Below, piece by piece: positions 48,938-58,560 of a stretch of DNA of 64,000 nt. Numbering within the stretch: the first letter of the stretch is position 1; the number at the start of each line of letters is the position of its first letter. Source of the stretch: Patescibacteria group bacterium (GTDB lineage Bacteria; Patescibacteriota; Minisyncoccia; UBA6257; JACRHW01); contig JAGWJP010000001.1 in the NCBI GenBank assembly GCA_028865725.1, forward strand, positions 207,143-271,142. Reading direction: 5' to 3'. The translations under genes and the position numbers were made by a program. The notes below the pieces were generated by a model. It saw only the letters and a list, made by a program, of their open reading frames with translations, did not search any database and had not been told where the DNA came from.

Positions 48938-49429
48938 ATGCATACAGATATGAATATGCCATTGTGGTTTCGTATCGTTTTTACTTTTCTTATTCTCGTA
49001 TGTATGCTCAATTTTGTTGGTGACGTTGCTCAGAGAATGGATGGTCCGGTACCTCCTTCCATAGTGTATCGTCCGCGTGTGATACCTAGGGCAATGCACA
49101 AAGGCCTATTCCCGCTCGAACCCACTGTGGCTTATAACCAGATATTTAAACTAGGAAGTCTTGATGAGTTTTTTGACAGAGCGTATGATTCTGTTCTTCT
49201 CTCACAGAGAGGCGGAGCGTTGATGCTTTGTGGGCTTAAAAATGGTATGTATCGCATTGCGGAATATAACGTGCCCGATGCTTATGCGTCACACGCCGAA
49301 CTTCATTATTATGTGACGGATCGTCATGAAATTATCATTTATTTTACAAAGCTAGGATGGATAGGCCTTATCGTTCAGTTCGCGGTAATTCTTTTGATGG
49401 GTTTTTTACTTTTACTTTTGTGGCAGTAA
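48938..49429 (+). CDS. hypothetical membrane protein
   Basis: 163 aa with N- and C-terminal transmembrane helices. A terminator follows. Confidence 0.45.
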   Translation: MHTDMNMPLWFRIVFTFLILVCMLNFVGDVAQRMDGPVPPSIVYRPRVIPRAMHKGLFPLEPTVAYNQIFKLGSLDEFFDRAYDSVLLSQRGGALMLCGLKNGMYRIAEYNVPDAYASHAELHYYVTDRHEIIIYFTKLGWIGLIVQFAVILLMGFLLLLLWQ

Positions 49430-49439
49430 TTTAAAAACA

Positions 49440-49468
49440 TGCCGCATTCATTATTGTGCGGTTTTTTA
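49440..49468 (+). terminator. rho-independent terminator
   Basis: GCCGCA-TTCATTATTG-TGCGG followed by TTTTTT. Confidence 0.6.
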
Positions 49469-49575
49469 TTTCTCTCTTTTGGTTGCTCATAGGAGACAAA
49501 AATTAAAGTTTACTCGCTCGGGCGGGAATTTCACAAAAAATCCTCGTCTTTGATAAATTTAGAAAATAGATTTTT

Positions 49576-50910
49576 ATGGACTATCATCTTGAAAAAAACT
49601 TTGCTTCCCACAAAACCAATTACTTCTTTTCAATTCTTGGACCACGATTCGAAGCAATGAACGAACTTATGGCCGATTCATTAAGTCGGCGTTTTGGAGG
49701 CGAATATAAACCAATTTATGTTTTCTCAAGTCATCCCAACAAGCATGTTAAGAAAGAAAACTATATCGTGCTAAACGAACGTGCTGATTCCCTTGAAAGA
49801 GAATTGAAAAAAAAAGTTGTTTATCCCCAAGAGTACGAGGATTTAAATGAAGAGTTTGCCAGATGCTCGCTTGTAAAAAAAATCTCCGAATCGTTATTTG
49901 CGAAGCAAACGCAAATACCTGTTTACTCTTTTACCACATCGTTTCTTAAATTCTCTGATCCGCGCTGGCTCCTATTGGGTCCATCGCCATCAATTTCAAC
50001 TTTTTATGACAACAAAATAGAGCAGTACAAGGTATTTAAACGTCTCGGACTATCAAGAAACGATGCTCGGATTTTTGAAAATAAAGAAGAATTGTTAAGA
50101 AAAAATAATATGTATCCTGGTTATATCACCGCTTCATATACTTCTGGAGGGAACGAAAGTGGATTAATTTACAGCAAAGAAATGCTGCATAATTTTCTTT
50201 CAAGACTTCGAGACGTGAATAAGAGGGGGCGATTTCTCGTTGCACACGTTTTTGAACACATTGTCGCCATGCCGAACGTTAACGCTATTGTAACTGGCGA
50301 GGACAAAACGAATGTTTTAATCATTTCAGATCAGATCATGCGAGGTACGCGATATTTAGGAAATGTCTACCCGACTTCTATTGCGCCAAAACATATTGAG
50401 CTGATAAAACAGGTTGCGATGAAAATCGGAAACTTTCTTTCACAAAAAGGATACCGTGGATTATTTGGCTGCGATTTCCTCATAAACGATAAGGGTAAAC
50501 TTGTTATTGTGGATTTAAATCCAAGACGGCAAGGCGGATATGTTTGTAATGCCTTGGCCTTAAAAACCGTCGGTATTAATCTTACTGATATTGAATTGAG
50601 CTGCGCTCTTCGCGAGGAAGTTTCAATTAACCTTGACTATGAAAAAATTCAATATCCGGGTACGTGGGCGCATTTGAAAGTTAAACCGTATTTTACTGGA
50701 CAAGACATCGTCCAAGAAATTGCGTATGGAGACGTACAGAAAATTTTTTCAAAGAGGGTTGGTCAATTCTACAGAACATTTTATCGGAAAGGGTCTTTAT
50801 TTATTGACGGTTACATTGGATATGTCGTAAGCGTTGGTAAAAAAAGAGAGAAAGTATTTCGTTTTGTTAATGAAACTTCTGATAAAATCTTAAGAGACAC
50901 GTTGCTTTGA
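49576..50910 (+). CDS. ATP-grasp superfamily ligase (carboxylate-amine ligase-like), AT-rich gene
   Basis: The C-terminal catalytic block GYRGLFGCDFLINDKGKLVIVDLNPRRQGG matches the ATP-grasp E/D-x-N-P-R signature. GC is ~35-37%, versus ~45% for rpoB. Confidence 0.6.
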   Translation: MDYHLEKNFASHKTNYFFSILGPRFEAMNELMADSLSRRFGGEYKPIYVFSSHPNKHVKKENYIVLNERADSLERELKKKVVYPQEYEDLNEEFARCSLVKKISESLFAKQTQIPVYSFTTSFLKFSDPRWLLLGPSPSISTFYDNKIEQYKVFKRLGLSRNDARIFENKEELLRKNNMYPGYITASYTSGGNESGLIYSKEMLHNFLSRLRDVNKRGRFLVAHVFEHIVAMPNVNAIVTGEDKTNVLIISDQIMRGTRYLGNVYPTSIAPKHIELIKQVAMKIGNFLSQKGYRGLFGCDFLINDKGKLVIVDLNPRRQGGYVCNALALKTVGINLTDIELSCALREEVSINLDYEKIQYPGTWAHLKVKPYFTGQDIVQEIAYGDVQKIFSKRVGQFYRTFYRKGSLFIDGYIGYVVSVGKKREKVFRFVNETSDKILRDTLL

Positions 50911-50919
50911 TTTAACAAT

Positions 50920-52002
50920 ATGAATCTACAAAAAATCATAAATCTTTCAAGCACACAGAAAACACCATTTTTTGTTTACGATAAAAAAAACGTAAAAAAG
51001 CAAATTAATAAAATTTTGACCGCGTTTCAAGACTATCCAAATTTTGAATTGCTCTATGCGGTAAAAGCGAATCACTCTAAATTCATTCTCGAGGAGGTTA
51101 AAAGAAATGGTTTGGGTATTGCAGTATCTTCATTGCAAGAGTTGGAATTGGCTGTAAAATATGGCTTTGAAAGTATTTCTTATACCGCTCCGTATATTTC
51201 TGCAGAAGTTATGCGGTTCTCAAAAAAACGAAAAATTGACATCAACTATAACAACCTTACGGAAATAAAACAACAAGATAAACTCATCGGTTTGCGAATC
51301 AACCCTGAAGTTGGCTGGTCTTATCTTAAGGACTATGCCGCGTCAGGAATAAATAGTCAATTTGGTATTCCTTTAGAAGAGGTAAAAATCGATCTTGCGA
51401 GAATCGTAAGAATCCAAATGCATACAAGCTCCGACTCTTATAAGATAAATCTTTTTATCAAAGCGCTGGAAAAATTATTAGATTTAGCTGCACAATGCCG
51501 AAATATAGATACAATAAATTTAGGGGGGGGAATTGCAACGCCAATATTGCGGGAAGATGATGAATTTGATATCGGACAATTTAGTAAAAGAGTCTTGCGA
51601 TTGGTAAATAAATTTAATCGTAAATATAATAAGCAGATAAAACTTCAATTTGAGCCAGGAAATTATATTACCAGAGAATCAGGCTATTACGTCTGCAGGA
51701 TTATGGCCAAAGAGAAAAAGTACAATAAAATTTTCTATTTTGTAGATGGGACCAAACATCACGTAAGAGGGCTTCATAATATTCAAAAAATTTTTTTTTC
51801 TCGAGACAGCATATCTGGAAAAAGGGGGTCGAATATCGTCGGTTGTACGTGTCAGAGATCGGATATTTTGGTCGATAATATTGTTATGCCAGAATTATCT
51901 ATTGGTGATTTAATCGTTATTCCTATGGCAGGAGCTTATTGTTCTGTGCAGGTAGATACTTTTCATTTATTGAATTCCCCTCGTGAACTTCAATTAAAAT
52001 AA
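50920..52002 (+). CDS. PLP-dependent decarboxylase, Orn/Lys/Arg/DAP decarboxylase family (alanine-racemase fold III)
   Basis: N-terminus TPFFVYDKKNVKKQINKIL...FELLYAVKANHSKFILEEVKRNGLGIAVSSLQELELA carries the PLP-lysine AVKAN block. At 360 aa it is shorter than LysA. Confidence 0.7.
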   Translation: MNLQKIINLSSTQKTPFFVYDKKNVKKQINKILTAFQDYPNFELLYAVKANHSKFILEEVKRNGLGIAVSSLQELELAVKYGFESISYTAPYISAEVMRFSKKRKIDINYNNLTEIKQQDKLIGLRINPEVGWSYLKDYAASGINSQFGIPLEEVKIDLARIVRIQMHTSSDSYKINLFIKALEKLLDLAAQCRNIDTINLGGGIATPILREDDEFDIGQFSKRVLRLVNKFNRKYNKQIKLQFEPGNYITRESGYYVCRIMAKEKKYNKIFYFVDGTKHHVRGLHNIQKIFFSRDSISGKRGSNIVGCTCQRSDILVDNIVMPELSIGDLIVIPMAGAYCSVQVDTFHLLNSPRELQLK

Positions 52003-52105
52003 AAGGCGGAAGGGTGCGTTTTGTAACACGTTCCTTCCGCGGATTGTTGGCGCGGTTCATGAATAGTTCCCTGCGCGTCTTACCTATTTGATGTTATGAG
52101 TTTTT

Positions 52106-53251
52106 CTATTTGTTGTTCCACGATCGATTTGTTAGATCGCCGCCCAATGGAACGTAGAATCCTGATTTGTCGGGAAATACGACGGTATTGTGATGACACG
52201 GCATACAGCGTGGTCCGGGTTTGAGACCAGTACCGCTTTTATTGCAAATCCGTACTGTTTCAAAGTAGACTTTTTGCATTTCCCCTATAGTCGCTGGTTG
52301 CTTTTTACTCATCGGAGTTGTGAAGTCGGGTCGGAAGGGACTCAAGACGGGAATGCAACCACGCTCGACGAGTGCGCGCACGCCATCCAGAGTGCTCTCG
52401 ATGGGCTCGATCGCTTCTCCAAAAACCATGAGCGACTGAACAAAGCCGATTCCGAATGCTTTTACCGCTTCTTCGATGTAGTTCAGGTAGTGTTCTCGCC
52501 CCAATTGTCGAGCTTTGTTTGGTGTAATTCGTTGCGCCCGGTCAGGGTCCCATATCTCTATATTTATGGAAAGCATGTTGACACCTACTGAGCGAAGCCA
52601 TGCTGGATAATCCATTTCGTGTCTGGCGGGCATCATCACGTCAACTGGAATCGGAGAATTCTGTGCAATGAACGCATAAATATCGTCGATCCACGGCTCA
52701 TCTTCCGGTCGTGGCGTGCCGCCGCTAATGAGAACGTGTCGAGCTGGTGAAAGTGAGTCGCTCTTTGCCAGCTCTATGGCTCGAAGAAGTTCGTGTTTCG
52801 GATTCTTCCCGTATCGTTTTTCGTAGGGCAAATCGCAGAAGGTGCACACCCACGCACAGCCCTCGATTGGCGAAATTCGACAACGATCCGTATGAGTTAC
52901 TCCGATTTTCGTGTATGGAAACTCTTTTCCACCGTCGCGATACATTATGTGGTGATATGCAGGAACTGGAATCACCGATACAGGAATTCGCGTGTCTCGC
53001 CGCACGATTGCAAATTCGCCGTCGAAAACGAATCTTGCTTCCGTCGTTTTAGTGAAAGCCTCGATGAATGGAGCATTGATGTAGATCCCGCTTGTAGTGA
53101 AGAGACAGATTCCACTTGTCGAAGCATACTCACTTAAACTCATGGGTCCCCCGAACCTTTTCATCCATTCTTCTTCCGCCTCTGCTTCAATTCGTATTCC
53201 ATGTGCAAGTAGATACAGCTTGAGTTCTTGTTCCGTTGTGAAAGAGCTCAC
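52106..53251 (-). CDS. radical SAM enzyme of unknown function
   Basis: CAWVCTFCD is a CxxxCxxC cluster. Additional Cys residues are present (CRISPIEGC, CMPCHH). 381 aa. Convergent with the ATP-grasp/decarboxylase pair. Confidence 0.65.
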   Translation of the reverse strand: MSSFTTEQELKLYLLAHGIRIEAEAEEEWMKRFGGPMSLSEYASTSGICLFTTSGIYINAPFIEAFTKTTEARFVFDGEFAIVRRDTRIPVSVIPVPAYHHIMYRDGGKEFPYTKIGVTHTDRCRISPIEGCAWVCTFCDLPYEKRYGKNPKHELLRAIELAKSDSLSPARHVLISGGTPRPEDEPWIDDIYAFIAQNSPIPVDVMMPARHEMDYPAWLRSVGVNMLSINIEIWDPDRAQRITPNKARQLGREHYLNYIEEAVKAFGIGFVQSLMVFGEAIEPIESTLDGVRALVERGCIPVLSPFRPDFTTPMSKKQPATIGEMQKVYFETVRICNKSGTGLKPGPRCMPCHHNTVVFPDKSGFYVPLGGDLTNRSWNNK

Positions 53252-53357
53252 CGTTTGTCTCCTTTATCTTTGGGATTCAGCGATCAAAAATTAATTTAGC
53301 ATAAGTTAAGACGCGAGTAAACTTAAGTTTGTTATGAATTTTTGACAAAGTGGGTTC

Positions 53358-53367
53358 GGGGGGGGGG
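53358..53367 (+). repeat. G10 homopolymeric tract in the divergent intergenic region
   Basis: GGGTTC-GGGGGGGGGG-AAGTC lies between the radical SAM start (53251, minus) and the gene at 53545 (plus). Confidence 0.7.
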
Positions 53368-53544
53368 AAGTCATAAAGATGGGTTTTAATTTCGAGGACA
53401 TTTTTCTAATTGAATAATGTGATATCTCCCGCATACGTATATGCGGGATTTTTTTATTATTTATATTTACGGAGTCATTTACCTTTATTTTGTAGTATGC
53501 TATTGTTTTCCCAGATCTTAATAAAATGAGAGGAGTGGAACCCT

Positions 53545-53991
53545 GTGCGCTTTCAGCTTTTGTATTATGATAACATGAGTACTATTGTAACTGTGGGGAT
53601 CGATTGTGACCTTCCGCACGAGGTGCAATATCAGTCGTATGAAAAGAGAAATGATGTGTTGCATCAGCGCGAATGCCCCGGTTTCGTGAAGAGCCTTTTT
53701 GGCATAAAGGGTGTTCTCTCCGTGCAATTTCATCCTTACGAGATTGTTCTTGAAAAAGCTCTTCCATTTTCTTGGGACGAACTGATTTGGGAAGTATGTC
53801 GTGTTCTTCATCTCTATTGCGCCCCCGAAGAAATTATGGGTGAAATCTCCTCTCCCTTACATCGCTTTTTTGATATTCGCACCAATTATTTTTCGGATCG
53901 CGTTGACCCAAACCCTCATTATGTATTATTTCACGACCCGCCTCTTTATAGTACTTTGATGCGCTCTAAGCGTTCAGACTCCTCTTCGTAG
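53545..53991 (+). CDS. hypothetical protein
   Basis: GAGAGGAG RBS then a GTG start; 148 aa. Confidence 0.4.
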   Translation: MRFQLLYYDNMSTIVTVGIDCDLPHEVQYQSYEKRNDVLHQRECPGFVKSLFGIKGVLSVQFHPYEIVLEKALPFSWDELIWEVCRVLHLYCAPEEIMGEISSPLHRFFDIRTNYFSDRVDPNPHYVLFHDPPLYSTLMRSKRSDSSS

Positions 53992-54046
53992 GAGTTTTTT
54001 ACAAAATGGTAAGGAGTGTGGTATATAATGATTATCTTGATTAATC

Positions 54047-55201
<1,155 letters not shown>

Positions 55202-55264
55202 TTAGATTTTAGACGTATTTTCAAAAAATCAATTTCTATTTTCTCTGTACTAATTACTTACCAC

Positions 55265-55948
55265 ATGATCACGTTTCAAGGCGTTTCAAAAATTTATAGT
55301 CCTACAAGCAAGGCATTAGACAATGTCAGTTTTAAGATTGATGATAATGAGTTTATTTCATTTGTAGGAAAATCGGGTGCGGGGAAATCGACCGTGGTAA
55401 AAATGTTAATAGGAGAAGAGGCGCCTTCGCGAGGAAGGGTACTCGTGCACAATATCGATGTTGCAAAACTTCCTCGTCCGCAGTTGCCACTTCTTCGCCG
55501 CAAGATTGGCGTCATTTTTCAGGATTTTCGCTTGCTTCCTCATAAGACGGTTTTTGAAAATGTCGCATTTGCGCTTGAGGTAAATGGCAGGAGCGAAGGA
55601 GAGATTCGCGAGTTTGTACCGCAGGCGATTGAGCTCGTAGGACTGAAGGATCATGCAAAACGATTTCCTCACGAGCTCTCGGGCGGTGAAAAGCAGCGCA
55701 CGGCCATTGCGCGTGCACTCATTCACCATCCTGATGTTTTGATTGCCGACGAACCTACGGGAAATCTTGATGCTATTAACACCTGGGAAGTAATGAAATT
55801 ACTTGTTAAAATAAATGAGCTTGGCACGACAGTGATTCTTGCGACTCATGACAGAGACGTGATTAACACGCTTGGGAAGCGCGTCGTAACACTGGACAAT
55901 GGGCGCGTCATCCGCGATGAAGCGGATGGAAAATATATCCTTGCATAA
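55265..55948 (+). CDS. ftsE: cell division ATP-binding protein FtsE
   Basis: GKSGAGKST (Walker A), LSGGEKQR (ABC signature) and ILIADEPTGNLD. Confidence 0.9.
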   Translation: MITFQGVSKIYSPTSKALDNVSFKIDDNEFISFVGKSGAGKSTVVKMLIGEEAPSRGRVLVHNIDVAKLPRPQLPLLRRKIGVIFQDFRLLPHKTVFENVAFALEVNGRSEGEIREFVPQAIELVGLKDHAKRFPHELSGGEKQRTAIARALIHHPDVLIADEPTGNLDAINTWEVMKLLVKINELGTTVILATHDRDVINTLGKRVVTLDNGRVIRDEADGKYILA

Positions 55949-55968
55949 TATTTATAGTTTTATAACTC

Positions 55969-56877
55969 ATGTTCACCGCACTTGTTCGTATTTTCAAATA
56001 TGGGTTTAGCAGCTTCTGGAGGAGCGGGCTTTTGACGACTGCGACGGTTGCAATCATGGTCGTGGCGCTTTCCGTGTTTTCCGGACTCATCTTTTTTAAT
56101 GTGGTGACGAAAACCGCGCTTACCTCGCTTCAAGACAAGATTGATATCACGGTTTATTTTAAGACCGATGCGGATGAGGCGGCGATTTTACAGGTGAAAT
56201 CAGCCATTGAGAATCTCGATGAGACGCAGTCAGTGGCTTATATCTCACGCACCGAAGCGCTTGATACGTTCCGTGAGAAACATAAAAATGATACGGTAGT
56301 TATCAGCGCACTCGACGCGCTAGGCGACAATCCGCTTCAGGCATCATTGAATATCAAGGCAAAAGATCCGCGCCAATATGCCACCATCGCGTCGTATTTC
56401 GATACGCCTTCCGTGCAGCCGATTGTTGACAAGGTGAGCTATCAGCAGAACGAGGTAGTGATTAACCGCCTCATCAAAGTTATTGATACGGCAGAGCGCG
56501 GAGGACTTATTATCACGATTTTATTCTTGTGCATCGCGGGACTTGTGGCCTTCAATACGATCCGTCTTGCGATTTATGCGAATCGCGAGGAGATTGGCGT
56601 GATGCGTCTCGTGGGAGCACTTAATAGTTTTATTAGCGCGCCGTATGTGGTACAAGGAATCTTACAAGGAATCGTTGCATCGTTCATCACGCTGCTTATT
56701 ATGCTTCCCACAATTCATCTGGTCTCTCCCTATATTCAGGCGATGATTCCTGAAATGGATTTGTGGAGTTACTTTGTCGCCAACATGCTTGGTATTTTTG
56801 CGCTTCAAACATTGGCAGGCATCGTGCTGGGAGGCGTCTCAAGTCTTATTGCGGTACGTAGATATCTTAAGGCCTAA
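55969..56877 (+). CDS. ftsX: cell division permease FtsX
   Basis: Lies immediately after ftsE and has four-transmembrane FtsX topology (N-terminal transmembrane helix, large periplasmic loop, three C-terminal helices). Confidence 0.85.
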   Translation: MFTALVRIFKYGFSSFWRSGLLTTATVAIMVVALSVFSGLIFFNVVTKTALTSLQDKIDITVYFKTDADEAAILQVKSAIENLDETQSVAYISRTEALDTFREKHKNDTVVISALDALGDNPLQASLNIKAKDPRQYATIASYFDTPSVQPIVDKVSYQQNEVVINRLIKVIDTAERGGLIITILFLCIAGLVAFNTIRLAIYANREEIGVMRLVGALNSFISAPYVVQGILQGIVASFITLLIMLPTIHLVSPYIQAMIPEMDLWSYFVANMLGIFALQTLAGIVLGGVSSLIAVRRYLKA

Positions 56878-56907
56878 TACTTGTGAATGAGATAAGCTGT
56901 TTCTTGG

Positions 56908-56939
56908 ATACTGCGATACTTATGTGCGCAGTATTTTTT
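56908..56939 (+). terminator. rho-independent terminator after ftsX
   Basis: ATACTGCG-ATACTTATGTG-CGCAGTAT followed by TTTTTT. Confidence 0.55.
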
Positions 56940-57050
56940 GTGTTCATGTTTTCCTACCACAATTGACAAAGATGAAAAATATTATATAATATATTAAGAA
57001 CTTGTCCCCTTCCAAAAGAGAAGGTATTTCCGCAGAAAAGGAGCATAGCC

Positions 57051-57533
57051 ATGACAGAGACTTCCGCTTATTGGAAAACTGTTACGATTGGTATACATAA
57101 GAATCTTATCAAGGTCCGTCAGGCCCTCAAGGCCAGCGGAAGCAGGATTGCCGATTCCACCGTGGATGATATTCTGAATAAGGTTCCGCTTGCAAAAGAA
57201 CCGGTGAAACTCAATCTTGTCGTCAAGACGACGAAGGAACTCACGGAGAAGGATATCGCGACGACCAAAGAGGTCTTCAAGAGCGCCGCTCGTCTAGGAC
57301 TCCAGAAATGTCCTGCCGAGGTCGGTCCCTGCTTGCGCGAGCAGTATCGTGACCAGCCGATTGGTGAGATACTTCTTATCGGGATGGATCCTATTGCGGG
57401 ATCTCATGGTGGTGTTTCGAACTTATTTTCCGTGGAACAGGATGACGATTTTTGCTGGCTCGAAACTTTTGAGGACGATTCTTCAAGGGAGTGGTATGGC
57501 GATGATTTGTGGGTGTTCATTTCCGGTACGTAG
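57051..57533 (+). CDS. hypothetical protein
   Basis: 160 aa. GAAAAGGAG RBS. Confidence 0.45.
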   Translation: MTETSAYWKTVTIGIHKNLIKVRQALKASGSRIADSTVDDILNKVPLAKEPVKLNLVVKTTKELTEKDIATTKEVFKSAARLGLQKCPAEVGPCLREQYRDQPIGEILLIGMDPIAGSHGGVSNLFSVEQDDDFCWLETFEDDSSREWYGDDLWVFISGT

Positions 57534-57535
57534 CT

Positions 57536-58228
57536 TCAGTCCTGAGATGAGAACCAAGAAGAATAATCAAAAAACCTCGTAGCAACATGTACGGGGATTT
57601 TTTGAGTGTGCGATGTGATTTTCGACACGTGAGAATCTATTTTTCTTTGGCGGAAGGGGCGGGAGCGGGATCCTCCTTTTTCTCTTCCATTTTTATCACA
57701 TGTTGTGCAACTTCTCGTTTCGTATAAAAGTTCATAAGAGAAAAAAATAATGGTGCTTGCGAAAATAATGCCGATTGTGTTCACGAGGAAAAGGAGGAGT
57801 GCGCCAAACATCATCGTGGTGTTGAGTTCTGCAAGCCCGATACCGACCACTGCAAGAGGAGGGACAAGTGCAATTGAGATTGCGACACCCGGAAGCGTTT
57901 CGCTAAGTTGCGGTTTTACGAGCGCAAAGGCAGCGGCAAAACCTGCGACGACGCCTATTGTTGCGTAGAGAAGCGAGGGGGCGGTGCGGTTCACGCTCTC
58001 CACTGTGGTGCCTCCAAATTGTGAAGAAAAGAGAAGCGTGATCCCTGCAGCAACGCCGATGCTCACGATCACGGCTTTAAGGAGAGTGGTAAATGATTTT
58101 GATATGAGTGCAGGATCAGACATGACAATTCCCATTGCGAAACTAAGGATGGGGTAGAGGATGGGGGCAATGAGCATGCTCCTTACGATCACCGTTGCGC
58201 TATTCGCAAGAAGTCCAAGAGTGGCCAT
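57536..58228 (-). CDS. hypothetical polytopic membrane protein (DUF389-like)
   Basis: Multiple Ala/Gly/Ile-rich transmembrane helices. The start is uncertain. Confidence 0.4.
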   Translation of the reverse strand: MATLGLLANSATVIVRSMLIAPILYPILSFAMGIVMSDPALISKSFTTLLKAVIVSIGVAAGITLLFSSQFGGTTVESVNRTAPSLLYATIGVVAGFAAAFALVKPQLSETLPGVAISIALVPPLAVVGIGLAELNTTMMFGALLLFLVNTIGIIFASTIIFFSYELLYETRSCTTCDKNGREKGGSRSRPFRQRKIDSHVSKITSHTQKIPVHVATRFFDYSSWFSSQD

Positions 58229-58489
58229 GAGTACTGAGAAGATGGCTATGAGAAAAAATGAACGCGTGGCGTGTTTCGTGCGAGCAGATTTTTTATCGTG
58301 TCTGTTTTTTCTCTTCCCGATGTATTCTCAAAAAGTTCTTCAAACATATGAAGTAAAAGTTATTTCCTTCATCATACAAGAAAGATGTCTTAACGAAAAA
58401 CCACAATTATCTTTTGGATTATCGGGACCTATTATATAAGTTGCGGGTTTGTGTTTTTTTTGTTACAAAGAATGAACATCTACGGAGAT

Positions 58490-58560
58490 TGCCGGATCGT
58501 CTAATGGTAGGACATCGCCCTCTGGAGGCGAGTATCTTGGTTCGAATCCAGGTCCGGCAG
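58490..58560 (+). tRNA. tRNA-Gln (anticodon CUG)
   Basis: TGCCGGA-TC-GTCT-AATGGTA-GGAC-A-TCGCC-CTCTGGA-GGCGA-GTAT-CTTGG-TTCGAAT-CCAGG-TCCGGCA-G. The U1-A72 pair and G73 are typical of bacterial tRNA-Gln. Confidence 0.8.

Noticed and set aside
58501-58560. Treating the recombinase/tRNA-Gln overlap as evidence that one of the two is spurious
   Set aside because: Both features are individually strong, with a full cloverleaf for the tRNA and a catalytic N-terminus for the recombinase. Integrase genes that read into their tRNA attachment site are known. The overlap is reported rather than used to delete either feature, but the exact recombinase stop remains uncertain.
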